Shown in pieces: positions 48,609 through 58,076 of a DNA stretch of 64,000 bases. The DNA is from Candidatus Latescibacterota bacterium (GTDB lineage: Bacteria > Latescibacterota > UBA2968). Made by a program: the position numbers and the translations under genes. Numbering within the stretch: position 1 is the first letter of the stretch; every line of letters begins with the position of its first letter. The notes beneath the pieces were generated by a model. The model had not been told where the DNA came from, did not search any database, and saw only the letters and a list, made by a program, of their open reading frames with translations. The stretch lies in the NCBI GenBank assembly GCA_965222605.1, contig OZ244960.1, forward strand, positions 4,384,001 through 4,448,000, given 5' to 3'.

Positions 48609-50574
48609 AAGACTTAAGCTGGCTATGGACTTGAATGTGCTCAATCACCTGGGGCTAAACCTGTATAGCAATGTCCCCGCAGTTCTATCTGAATTGATTG
48701 CCAATGCTTGGGATGCTGATGCCTCTCGGGTAGATGTATCCGTAAAAGAGCGAGGTGAAGGTAAGGAAATTAACATTCAAGACAATGGTTGCGGGATGAA
48801 TTACGAAGATTTGCGTACAAAATTTCTAACTGTTGGTTATCGGCGCCGTACGAAAGAAAGTGAAGACTTTACACCAAATAAGAAACGACCCGTTATGGGG
48901 AGAAAGGGCATTGGCAAGTTGTCTGTCTTGTCTATTGCCCGGAAAGTATATGTCTATACAAAAAAGGAGGACACCGATCCTCTGGCAATTGAGTTAGACG
49001 TTGAAGAAATCCAGAAAGCAATAGAAAAAAACGAAGACTATTATCCTCCTATCATTGATATGCCAGAAGACATTAATCTCAGAAGTTCTGGCACGGCACT
49101 CGTTTTGAGCGATCTGAAAAAAAGGGTTAATGCATCACTTGACGCCCATCTGCGCCAGCGCGTAGCACGCCGCTTTTCGATTATTTCCAAAGACTTTCAA
49201 GTGTTCGTTAATGATGATGAGATTACAATAAATGACAGGAACTACTTCGGGAAGTTGGAATATGCATTGGTGTACGGCGATTTCGAAAAGTCCAATTTTA
49301 AGCACGATAAGAGATATGTGGTTCAACGAGCGGAAAATACAGTAGATGAGCAGGGACAATATTCTGTTAGCGGCTGGATTGGTTTGGTCAAAGAATCAGG
49401 AGCATTACAAGAGGGCGCGGATAATCTGAACAAAATATCCATACTCGCCAGGGGAAAGGTTGCGTTGGAAGATATCCTGGATTCATATCGAGAAGGTGGA
49501 CTATATACAAAGTACATCATAGGCGAACTGGAGGCGGATTTTCTTGATTTAACAGATGAAGACGATATTGCCACATCCAGTAGGCAGGATTTTATTCAGA
49601 GCGATGAGCGATTTGTTCAACTGAGGGCATTTGTCGAACAGGAACTAAAATATTTGGCAAACGAACGAGTAAAACTAAAGGATGAAGAAGGAGCGAAGAA
49701 AGCCAGTGAAATTCCCGCTGTCAAGGAATGGTACGAGTCATTGAAAGGAGATTCTAAAACCTCCGCCAAAAAATTATTCGGCAGGATTAACCAAATAGCA
49801 ACTGACGAAGACCACAGAAAAACGCTTTACAAACATGGGGTTTTGGCGTTCGAACACTTGCATCATAAGGAAAAGTTAAACGAGTTGGAACAGCTCGACA
49901 TCGAAAATCTTGAGATTGCCGTAAAGCTCTTTTCCGAGTTAGATGATATAGAAGCATCATGGTATTATCAAATTACGGAAGGTCGCTTGGATGTAATTCG
50001 GAAGTTGTCTGACGACATTGATGAAGATGTACTGGAAAAGATTATTCAAAAGCATATTTATAACCATCTCTGGCTACTGGACCCATCGTGGGATAGAGCT
50101 ACAGAAACGCCCACCTTAGAACAGTCTGTTACGACGACTTTTGAGAAAATTTCCGACAAATTGAGTGAAGAGGAAAAAAAGGGGCGTCTGGATATTAGAT
50201 ACAAGAAAACATCGGGTAAGCATGTGATCGTTGAATTGAAGAGAGGATCTGTTCCTGTTTCAAGCGATAGCCTTTCGGGGCAAGTTTATAAGTACATACG
50301 AGCATTGAGGAAACAGTTACGTGAAGCTAATGAGGATGGGGCAGTTGAAGCGATTTGTCTGGTAGGGAAAGAACTCAGTGATGGGGAAGATTCAGAAAGC
50401 CGACAAGAGATAGAACGGTCTTTGGCAGCAAAAAATATTCGAGTGATTACTTACAAGCAACTGATTCGAGATGCAGAGGCAAGTTACCAACATTACCTTG
50501 AAAAGAGCAAAGATATAGGCCGGATCCGACGGCTATTAGATGAGATTGAAACATTTGATGGCTCTACATTCTGA
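48601..50574 (+). CDS. GHKL/MORC ATPase with C-terminal PD-(D/E)xK nuclease (putative restriction partner)
   Basis: ELIANAWDADA, DNGCGM, GRKGIGK; EKIIQ..RLDI..VELKR. Overlaps the methylase stop. Confidence 0.8.
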   Translation: MPERLKLAMDLNVLNHLGLNLYSNVPAVLSELIANAWDADASRVDVSVKERGEGKEINIQDNGCGMNYEDLRTKFLTVGYRRRTKESEDFTPNKKRPVMGRKGIGKLSVLSIARKVYVYTKKEDTDPLAIELDVEEIQKAIEKNEDYYPPIIDMPEDINLRSSGTALVLSDLKKRVNASLDAHLRQRVARRFSIISKDFQVFVNDDEITINDRNYFGKLEYALVYGDFEKSNFKHDKRYVVQRAENTVDEQGQYSVSGWIGLVKESGALQEGADNLNKISILARGKVALEDILDSYREGGLYTKYIIGELEADFLDLTDEDDIATSSRQDFIQSDERFVQLRAFVEQELKYLANERVKLKDEEGAKKASEIPAVKEWYESLKGDSKTSAKKLFGRINQIATDEDHRKTLYKHGVLAFEHLHHKEKLNELEQLDIENLEIAVKLFSELDDIEASWYYQITEGRLDVIRKLSDDIDEDVLEKIIQKHIYNHLWLLDPSWDRATETPTLEQSVTTTFEKISDKLSEEEKKGRLDIRYKKTSGKHVIVELKRGSVPVSSDSLSGQVYKYIRALRKQLREANEDGAVEAICLVGKELSDGEDSESRQEIERSLAAKNIRVITYKQLIRDAEASYQHYLEKSKDIGRIRRLLDEIETFDGSTF

Positions 50575-50588
50575 TTTCTCTCCACCCC

Positions 50589-50840
50589 TCACTCACGGTT
50601 TACTTCCTCCGCTATTTCATCTACGTCGTATTGGAATGCTGAAACCTTGAACCGACCCAGTGCCGCGATAAATTCACTACGGGATAGACCCGAAATTTCA
50701 GCCGCTCGGCTTTGGGAAACCACCTCCATCTCATACCATTTCACAGCGGCAGCCAAACGCAATTCTTGGGCGAAATGATCCGGGTCTTTTCGCACCGAAG
50801 AAAGCGCGTCTTCTGGTAGTTCAAAAGTGACTGTTACCAT
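50589..50840 (-). CDS. UPF0175 family antitoxin-like protein (orphan)
   Basis: LRLAAAVKWYE..SQSRAAEISGLSRSEF. Confidence 0.8.
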   Translation of the reverse strand: MVTVTFELPEDALSSVRKDPDHFAQELRLAAAVKWYEMEVVSQSRAAEISGLSRSEFIAALGRFKVSAFQYDVDEIAEEVNRE

Positions 50841-50948
50841 GTGATTCTCTCCTGATAGACCAATCTATGTTGCGTGTAATCGCCCTACTACAGTCGTGTG
50901 GTTTTTTACAATATATGAGAACGCAATTGTTGAATCAAACCATTACTG

Positions 50949-51038
50949 CTACTTCACTTCACTCGCTCTCCACACCCTTCCCACCGCATCCTGTATCTTC
51001 TTCTCAAATTGCTCAATCAACTCCCGGTTAGCGGCCGC
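50949..51038 (-). pseudogene. C-terminal remnant of a restriction-modification specificity/methylase fusion gene
   Basis: Hand translation AAANRELIEQFEKKIQDAVGRVWRASEVK* resembles HsdS-type terminal helices. Confidence 0.45.
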
Positions 51039-51215
51039 CCCCACCTGCAGGAAGCCAAACCAGTTTGCAACTCGTTCCATCCTCCTATCAGTTTGACCCG
51101 TTTTTTCACTGAAAAAAGTGAGTTGTACAGCAACAAAGGATGAGGTTTTGATTCTGGCAGGGAATGGGTTATATTTGGCTTATGATCCTCAGTTTCCGCC
51201 ACAAAGGTCTCAAAT

Positions 51216-51488
51216 ATGTCAATGAAGAATCCCCCGCATCCGGGGCTATCAGTACGCTGCGATTGCCTGGAGCCACTCGGTCTGAGTATGGCTGAAGCCG
51301 CGCAAAAACTCGGCGTTGACTACAAGGAGTTATCGGATATCGTGAATGGCCGGGCTGGCATATCGCCCGAGATGGCGATTCGCCTGGACAAAGCCTTCGG
51401 CGGTGGCGCGATCACATGGTACCGCATGCAGGCGGCCTACGATTTGGCCCAGGCCATGCAGAAGGCTGATGAGATTCGGGCTTCTTAA
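51216..51488 (+). CDS. higA: HigA family antitoxin (orphan)
   Basis: [28 protein letters not shown]. Confidence 0.88.
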   Translation: MSMKNPPHPGLSVRCDCLEPLGLSMAEAAQKLGVDYKELSDIVNGRAGISPEMAIRLDKAFGGGAITWYRMQAAYDLAQAMQKADEIRAS

Positions 51489-51587
51489 AGGTGAACTGAA
51501 TAGAATGAAGAAAGATAAGCAGAAGTGGCGAGAAATATGCCCCCTTTTTTTTATAGAAGCAAATTGAGCAAGTTACAGGGATAGGCA

Positions 51588-52373
51588 ATGTCAAACAGAA
51601 GAAGATGGACACGACAGGAGTTGCTTGTAGCATTTGGACTGTACGATCAAATACCATTCGGCCAATTCCATGCAGGAAATCCAGAAATCATTAAATTCGC
51701 TGAACTTATTGGGAGAACGCCGGGCGCATTGGCAATGAAATTATCGAATATAGCGCACCTTGATCCAGAGATAACTTCGACTGGTCGCAAAGGGTTATCA
51801 GGTGCATCTTATGCGGATAGAGAAATGTGGCAAGAAATGCAAAATAATTGCAATAATTTTGCAATAGAGGTAGAAAGGGCTATCAATTCTATTCTGCAAG
51901 GTAGCGAGTCTTACGTTGCAGAAAGTGAAAGTGCATCTGAATACCAGGATTACACTGGTCAGGATAGGATTGTTCCAGCCAAAACACGGATTGGTCAGAA
52001 TTTTTTCAGGAAATCGGTGCTTAGTGCTTATAGATATAGATGCTGTATCACTGGCCTTGCCATTCCCAAACTCTTGGTAGCCAGTCATATCGTGCCGTGG
52101 CGTGATGATCCAGCGAATAGACTTAACCCAAGGAATGGATTGGCTTTGTCAACACTCCACGACAAGGCGTTTGATCTCGGAATGATCACCATAAATCATG
52201 ATATGACAGTTCGGTTATCACAGAAGGAATTTAGTGTGAAAGATAAATTTTTTATCACTGCTTTGAGAAATTATGACGGAAAATCGATAGAATTACCAGA
52301 TAAGTTTCAGCCACATAAAGACTTTCTTGCATATCATCGTGAGAATATATTCCTGGAAAATCGCTGCTTATAG
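51588..52373 (+). CDS. HNH endonuclease (putative restriction nuclease)
   Basis: RIGQNFFR, CCITGL, ASHIVPW, NGLALS.LHDKAFD. Confidence 0.88.
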   Translation: MSNRRRWTRQELLVAFGLYDQIPFGQFHAGNPEIIKFAELIGRTPGALAMKLSNIAHLDPEITSTGRKGLSGASYADREMWQEMQNNCNNFAIEVERAINSILQGSESYVAESESASEYQDYTGQDRIVPAKTRIGQNFFRKSVLSAYRYRCCITGLAIPKLLVASHIVPWRDDPANRLNPRNGLALSTLHDKAFDLGMITINHDMTVRLSQKEFSVKDKFFITALRNYDGKSIELPDKFQPHKDFLAYHRENIFLENRCL

Positions 52374-52381
52374 AGATAGTC

Positions 52382-54052
52382 TCATCGAATACGTCTTGCA
52401 CCTTGTTTCAACACGTAATTCGCTATTTTTGCACCCGTCTCATTTGGTCCGGCAAAGATGAGATAGTACAGCGGACGGCCTCTGGTGCTTTGGATTTCTC
52501 TTGCTAAAGAAACAAAGGGAAAAACACTTTGGAGTCGTTGGCGATACCACTTTACGAGAACATCCCCTGCCTCTTGAATTTTAGTAGTGTTTTCACCAAA
52601 TAAATCCTGTCCAGGCTCGTAGAGCAGGTCGTACCATTCGTCGGTTCCAAAGTACTGATCGAGTTTGTTGCGTTCCGCTGGTGTGAATTTCCCACTCCTT
52701 TTGAGTAAGCGCTGGATGGCCATGCCCACGGGGAAATTTATGAAAACCTCTATTGCCTTGGTCCTGCCTATTTCGGCAATGGTATCCCACGGGACCTGCA
52801 TGCCAAAAGGATCCATAAAAATAACTCCTCGCCACTGTTTCCACTGAATGTCCTTTAGCAATTCACGCAGATAGTCATTGCAATCTCTCTTACGCAGGTA
52901 AATCCGCCGACTTTTACTATCATAGTTATTCTTTAGCTCTTTAAGTTGATTTAGACGGTTTTGGTCAACTTCAATGAATATGTAGTCTGTAAAAGGGATT
53001 TCGAGTTCCAAGGCGACATGTGGAGACCCGCTAATGTATTCGGTTGCATCGGTATCCTCTGTAGCATACTCGGCGATTTCAAATAGTGATTGTTGGGTGG
53101 AATCGCTTGTTTGTTGTTGGCGGACTTTAAGCATTCCCGGTCCTGCAAAGGCATCAATGTAGAAATATCCCTCGAAATTCTGTCTGCTGAGAATGGTAGT
53201 GTAGGCCTGGAGATACTTTCGAAGACATTCCAGCTTCTCTTTTGCCCAGGGACCGACCTCCATGGGGGTATTTGAATTATCACTTGGCGCGCCAGCCACT
53301 TGTAATGAAGTGCCGAGCATTTGATTGTGTTTTATATCGGGATATTCCTGCCATTGCCTTCCATCCAGCGTATTTCCGCCTGCCTTGGGCGTGCGACCTC
53401 CCCACTGCTTAAAGAAGAAAGCGACGTTTTGCGCCTGACACTGATCGCGCAATTCACGCAGCCACTCTACTTTAACCGGACGCGCTCCTGGTCCGCTCTC
53501 ACCTCCGGCAATTACCCAATGAATATCCGTAAGATCCAACGATCCAAGCGCGCCGAGCAACGGCTCGAATGAAACAAAGCGCGTTGAGGCGTTGGTCTGT
53601 TTCAAGTGCCGCAGGCGCGTCAGGGCTGCAGCGTTTTCGATGGAAACACCGAGCCAGATATGCGGCGGAGCGGACAGGCTCTCATAGCGTTGATGGACAA
53701 AATCGCGCATCAGCGAACTGCGTTTGGTCAGCACTTGATAGATGTGCCAATCCGCCTGTTCCATTGTATCAAATACACGGTGGATGTACTGAGTGGGTAT
53801 GTCCTTATGGAACAGATCGCTCATCGAATTGACAAAGATGAGTTGCGGACGTCGCCAGTGCTTGGGTTCCTCAAGGCGTTTGGGACGAAGCGTGAGATCA
53901 AAGCCCGTCTCAAAAGGATGTCCCTTGACGCCACGGAAACGCTCCGATAATCGCTCGGCATAGCAATGATCGCAACCCGAACTCACTTTTGTGCAGCCGG
54001 TGACCGGATTCCAGGTGCTGTTGGTCCACTCAATAGTGCTTTTGCGCGACAT
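52382..54052 (-). CDS. DUF5131 fused to three-Cys-motif partner TcmP (copy 2)
   Basis: First ~240 aa is a paralogue of copy 1. C-terminal half has GPWAKEKL, YIDAFAGPG, FIE, DCN, FMDPFG, YYLIFA. Confidence 0.88.
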   Translation of the reverse strand: MSRKSTIEWTNSTWNPVTGCTKVSSGCDHCYAERLSERFRGVKGHPFETGFDLTLRPKRLEEPKHWRRPQLIFVNSMSDLFHKDIPTQYIHRVFDTMEQADWHIYQVLTKRSSLMRDFVHQRYESLSAPPHIWLGVSIENAAALTRLRHLKQTNASTRFVSFEPLLGALGSLDLTDIHWVIAGGESGPGARPVKVEWLRELRDQCQAQNVAFFFKQWGGRTPKAGGNTLDGRQWQEYPDIKHNQMLGTSLQVAGAPSDNSNTPMEVGPWAKEKLECLRKYLQAYTTILSRQNFEGYFYIDAFAGPGMLKVRQQQTSDSTQQSLFEIAEYATEDTDATEYISGSPHVALELEIPFTDYIFIEVDQNRLNQLKELKNNYDSKSRRIYLRKRDCNDYLRELLKDIQWKQWRGVIFMDPFGMQVPWDTIAEIGRTKAIEVFINFPVGMAIQRLLKRSGKFTPAERNKLDQYFGTDEWYDLLYEPGQDLFGENTTKIQEAGDVLVKWYRQRLQSVFPFVSLAREIQSTRGRPLYYLIFAGPNETGAKIANYVLKQGARRIR

Positions 54053-54214
54053 GTAATTCCCCTGTGTGTCATTTGGACTAACAAAACATAATTACTGCAC
54101 ATAAGTATAGTTTATTCTTGCATAAAGGACAAGTATGGAGTATTTTGATTTTGTAAGGAATTGAAAATTTACGTGGTCGTTGCGGAGTTTGGAAGACCAC
54201 TTTCTGAGGACAAA

Positions 54215-54583
54215 ATGGGCGCTCTTGATAAATTCCACAATAAGGCTATGGAAGTAGCGTTTTTCGCTGACCAAGAACGGCGACGAGGCAATGAGAAACA
54301 GGCGGCAGAGTTGTTTGAGCAGGCACTGGAGTTGGAGCTTAAGGCTCTTGAGGAGATAACCGAGCCTGTGGAACCAACATACTCCATACTGCACCGCAGT
54401 GCCGGATGGCTGGCTTTGGACTGCAATAAACCACGCTTAGCAGAGCAACTGGCCTGCAAAGCCCTTGCTGGAGAACCTTATCCAAAAATCGCTGAGGAAC
54501 TGCGCGATCTGCTGGCGGAAACCTATGCACGGATGCACGGCAAACCTAAGGGTGCTGCTGTGACCGAAACCGCTGATGACTAA
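54215..54583 (+). CDS. Small alpha-helical (TPR-like) hypothetical protein (copy 2)
   Basis: Paralogue of 47094-47450, with the C-terminus diverging after YARMH. Confidence 0.75.
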   Translation: MGALDKFHNKAMEVAFFADQERRRGNEKQAAELFEQALELELKALEEITEPVEPTYSILHRSAGWLALDCNKPRLAEQLACKALAGEPYPKIAEELRDLLAETYARMHGKPKGAAVTETADD

Positions 54584-54683
54584 CTGCCCTTACATGCGAG
54601 TTACTCGCGTGCGTGTCCAGATTTCTACAACGACAAGCGTTTTCTCTGAATTCTATCACTCCAAAAATTCAGGAGATTAATCA

Positions 54684-56336
54684 ATGTGGATGTACTCCCA
54701 TTGTAATGGAATGGACATATATAGCCGCTACTTAAACGTGAGTCTCTACAGGGATAAGCCTCACTCCACCGGGAGTTTTGCGAAGGTCTGTAATGGGCGT
54801 TTCGGCCACTATCTTAAAGACAGATTGGAAATCCAGCGGATACCTTATGACCTTTCAATCACAGATATGATTGTCAAGCGTGCGCTAATTCCTGATCTAT
54901 TTGTAGAGTTGCCTTCCGAATATTTTGTAAGTTGGGATAACTATCCGCTTACAGGAGGCTCCGAAACGCCAGAAAACTTGATACCGGCTGATAACAATAG
55001 CATTTCTATTCTTACTTGGGGTGGCTGGTCACTTGAATCTCTCTTGCACCCTTATGATGAAGAACTGAAGAGCGATTTTGTCGATCGGTTCTCAGGAGAA
55101 GTCCCTCGAACTCTGAAGATACAGGAGCACCCTAATGGAGATTATTTTCGACCGTATGAAGCATATTTTTCCTATTGGAAAGGCTACATTTTTGTCGAAG
55201 CTCTCGACGGCTATGAACATATTGATAAATTCCTATCGCGGGAGATAGGTCAAGCAACTTTGATATCGCGATTTGCCGACGTGAGCCAGCAATGGGAAGA
55301 GAAGTACAAGGGTGTTTTCACACGACTCTCCTTTTACAGAACAGCAAAAACAATTTTGACCCTATGGGAAGCCCCTCGCCCTCCAACGACTTATAAGGAA
55401 CTTTCAGAGTTCATCCAAAAGGTAACGAATTGTAATTCTGAATTGCTGGAACAGGATATGGAAAAGCTCTTGATTTTGTTTGGAGACTGGAAAAAACGAC
55501 AGAAAGAGGGAGGACGGTATTATCCACAGGCGATAGAGCTTCTCAGGCAGGATATATATTTTCTCCTTGAGTGGCTCTGTACCCTGAATAGAAAGCCTCA
55601 AAAAGTCTATTTTGAGAAATGGAGCTATAATATAGAACCACATGATATTTGGGTACAACTCAAAGAAGTAATTTCTTATGAAGAATTTGAATTAGAAAGG
55701 AGATTTATTAGATATGTACCAAGCTATGCTGAGATTTTAAAAAAAGAGGGATATATAACGGATGTCAAAAGCGTTTATGCAAGGCTCGCTGAACACGAAA
55801 GTTTTTGGCCTTGGATTCGTGCTTTCTCCGATTTGCATGACCAACTGAGACACACCAGTTCTAAAAGACCACTGGTTTTCAAACAATCCCGAATTCTTGA
55901 TCATCTTCTTGTATTGGCAATTCGAACGGAGATATTGATTCGGGAGTTCTTTAGAAAAGCCACTCAGTTTGAAGAAAATCGGGACCTGCGTCTCGTATTC
56001 AATGAGTTCTCGCAAAAGTTACCTAAGGGGTCGCAGGAGCACAGTATTTTGTATGCAGTTTCGGATAAAACGAAATGGAAAAAAACCGAACTAAGCGGAA
56101 AACCTAACAAAATTTTTGGGAACATAGACCAGATTCCTCGACCAAAGAAATGGAGTAAATTTCAGCATCATATCTTTTTATCCATACTGCGTTTTGTAAC
56201 TGCACGGAATTATTTTGCTCACCACTCGTTCAAAGATGGAACGTTAAATAGCCAAGTAGAAGAACTGACGGGACAAATTTTGGTTTCTTGTTTGGAAAGT
56301 GTGATTTATATGGATTATGTTGTTCAGAAAATCTAG
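54684..56336 (+). CDS. Hypothetical protein with C-terminal HEPN-like RxxxxH motif
   Basis: 550 aa, AGGAG RBS, helical C-terminus containing RNYFAH. Confidence 0.6.
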   Translation: MWMYSHCNGMDIYSRYLNVSLYRDKPHSTGSFAKVCNGRFGHYLKDRLEIQRIPYDLSITDMIVKRALIPDLFVELPSEYFVSWDNYPLTGGSETPENLIPADNNSISILTWGGWSLESLLHPYDEELKSDFVDRFSGEVPRTLKIQEHPNGDYFRPYEAYFSYWKGYIFVEALDGYEHIDKFLSREIGQATLISRFADVSQQWEEKYKGVFTRLSFYRTAKTILTLWEAPRPPTTYKELSEFIQKVTNCNSELLEQDMEKLLILFGDWKKRQKEGGRYYPQAIELLRQDIYFLLEWLCTLNRKPQKVYFEKWSYNIEPHDIWVQLKEVISYEEFELERRFIRYVPSYAEILKKEGYITDVKSVYARLAEHESFWPWIRAFSDLHDQLRHTSSKRPLVFKQSRILDHLLVLAIRTEILIREFFRKATQFEENRDLRLVFNEFSQKLPKGSQEHSILYAVSDKTKWKKTELSGKPNKIFGNIDQIPRPKKWSKFQHHIFLSILRFVTARNYFAHHSFKDGTLNSQVEELTGQILVSCLESVIYMDYVVQKI

Positions 56337-56459
56337 GCGGTAAAAGTATAAAGTAATTGTACTCGGTGCATCTGTATCTTTTTTTTGGTTGCGGTTCTGT
56401 CCCGATCTACCCATCTTTTACCGACACGACAATTCAAACGAGGCTTGAAAGAGGATAAG

Positions 56460-56633
56460 GTGATACTTATATCGTGGTGGGTTTTTGTAATCATTGTGAT
56501 TGTGGGGGTCTGCATTTTGGTTTGGAAAGGTATTATTGATCTCATCATTATCCTGGTCGCTGGTGAAAAATGGGAACGAATTATTTTTGCTGTGTTGGCC
56601 CTTGTGTTTATTTTGTTTATTCGGTCAAGGTAA
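56460..56633 (+). CDS. Small two-TM membrane protein
   Basis: GAGGA RBS + GTG start; two hydrophobic stretches. Confidence 0.5.
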   Translation: MILISWWVFVIIVIVGVCILVWKGIIDLIIILVAGEKWERIIFAVLALVFILFIRSR

Positions 56634-56714
56634 TCTTCGAAAAAGAAAGGCCGTGCAGGGTCGAAACCACACGGCCAAAGTGTCTTGATTTCCACACGGA
56701 AAGGAAAAAAGACG

Positions 56715-57011
56715 ATGCCATACACACAGAAAAGTGACGCTTCTGGCAACCAAATAATTTGCACCTATTTCTCTGGCTAGGATGATTGGCTTGCCCACAA
56801 AGAGAGGTATCATTGGGTTGTGCGGGATATTCTCACTGGCGAGAAGATTATTGAATCACCGCAGGACTATCGTTCACAAGAAGAATGCGATCTGTCTATC
56901 GCTATATTTCAACACGAGGGTTCTCTGCCACCAGGCAAGCACGTTTGGGAGGGGATCAGGAACAGAAAACCGAAACCTTTTCCGCCGATAGGTCTCCATG
57001 GAAGGAGTTAA
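56715..57011 (+). pseudogene. YegP-like small ORF interrupted by an in-frame TAG
   Basis: AAGGA RBS, ATG at 56715, TAG at 56778-56780; the frame continues YHWVVRD..ESPQDYRSQEEC. Confidence 0.5.
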
Positions 57012-57013
57012 AA

Positions 57014-57238
57014 ATGCCAGTACCAGACACATTAGAACCAATTTCTCATTTTGTTTTTTTTGAAGAAAGCTCAGGTGTTTGGAAAGTGGAATTTAGAGAT
57101 ATACAAGGAATTCCGATTTTTCAGTTTCCGAAAGAGTATGTTTCATCTGCCGGGTGTAAACGAGCTATACGAATTCTCAAAGAAGCCCTTGTATTTGAAG
57201 AAAAGAGAGAGTTGGTTGATGGTTCACATGACCAGTAA
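57014..57238 (+). CDS. YegP/DUF1508-like small protein
   Basis: AAGGAG RBS; F..GVW..F...G.PI....EY.S..GCKRAI pattern. Confidence 0.55.
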   Translation: MPVPDTLEPISHFVFFEESSGVWKVEFRDIQGIPIFQFPKEYVSSAGCKRAIRILKEALVFEEKRELVDGSHDQ

Positions 57239-57263
57239 CACATTACAGAGAAGGTGGTAAAAA

Positions 57264-57482
57264 ATGATACTGCGACAACCTGATATCCGGGATCATTTAA
57301 ATCGTTTTATGGAACTTGGGCGGGAGTATCATTTGCAAGAAATATACGATTATTTTTTAGCGATAAACCACACGGCCTTAAAACACAATATAAGGGCGAC
57401 TTTGCAAACTGCGAAACGCAAGGGGCAAGTCAAGAATATAGCCCGTTCGGGTTGGCATACCAGAATTGATTATATACAATGA
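57264..57482 (+). CDS. Small winged-HTH-like protein
   Basis: LQEIYDYF..KHNIRATLQ..RSGW. Confidence 0.5.
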   Translation: MILRQPDIRDHLNRFMELGREYHLQEIYDYFLAINHTALKHNIRATLQTAKRKGQVKNIARSGWHTRIDYIQ

Positions 57483-57495
57483 GAGGGGAAAAACA

Positions 57496-57675
57496 ATGAA
57501 TCGAGAACAAGTTGAAAACGTTATAGAAACTCTTGAAACATTTAGTGCTCCACACGTTCACGTAGGCTCTCATTCTTTCAAACAAAGAATATTGGATTCA
57601 GATTTTACGGAAGATCAAATTATTTTAATCATATCAATTGCCGCGTGTATTGCAGACAGAAAAACTCGTTTGTGA
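57496..57675 (+). CDS. Small hypothetical protein
   Basis: GAGGGG RBS; tightly packed operon. Confidence 0.45.
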   Translation: MNREQVENVIETLETFSAPHVHVGSHSFKQRILDSDFTEDQIILIISIAACIADRKTRL

Positions 57676-57689
57676 AAGGGGGTGAAAAA

Positions 57690-57896
57690 ATGTGGGTTCA
57701 GTTTTTAAATTCAACAACAGAGATGTCTCAGCACACTTTATACAATCTTACAGGAGTAACCATCAGATTAGACCATGATTCTATACTACTACTCAACAGC
57801 GACAACTCCCACGAAGTCATTAAGTTTAAGGATACGGACACGGCCTATGACACATTCTTAGAATTGCAAAAAAAAATAAATCTGATTATCATATAA
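57690..57896 (+). CDS. Small hypothetical protein
   Basis: GGGGGTG RBS; followed by a terminator. Confidence 0.5.
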   Translation: MWVQFLNSTTEMSQHTLYNLTGVTIRLDHDSILLLNSDNSHEVIKFKDTDTAYDTFLELQKKINLIII

Positions 57897-57920
57897 GATT
57901 GTCTCCATATCCAACTTTAA

Positions 57921-57952
57921 GGGCGTCAGAAGTCATTTCTGGCGTCTTTTTT
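57921..57952 (+). terminator. Intrinsic terminator of the small-ORF operon
   Basis: GGGCGTCAGAA-GTCAT-TTCTGGCGTCT + T run. Confidence 0.7.
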
Positions 57953-58000
57953 ACATTTATAAGTCTCTCTCTTTCAGTGATTTACGCGAGTTGGGTGTAC

Positions 58001-58018
58001 AAAGTATATAATTCCCTT
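58001..58018 (+). repeat. Solo copy of the tnpB-element TIR
   Basis: AAAGTATATAATTCCCTT is identical over 18 bp to the reverse complement of 3130-3147. Confidence 0.7.
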
Positions 58019-58076
58019 TTTTTGAATCGCGTAATTTGTGTAGCAAACCTTGCCAGTGTCTCTGCTTCCCTTATTC

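Noticed and set aside
46153-54052. DUF5131 copies as DGR template/variable repeats
   Set aside because: No reverse transcriptase is present, and the differences I inspected are largely synonymous and not adenine-specific.
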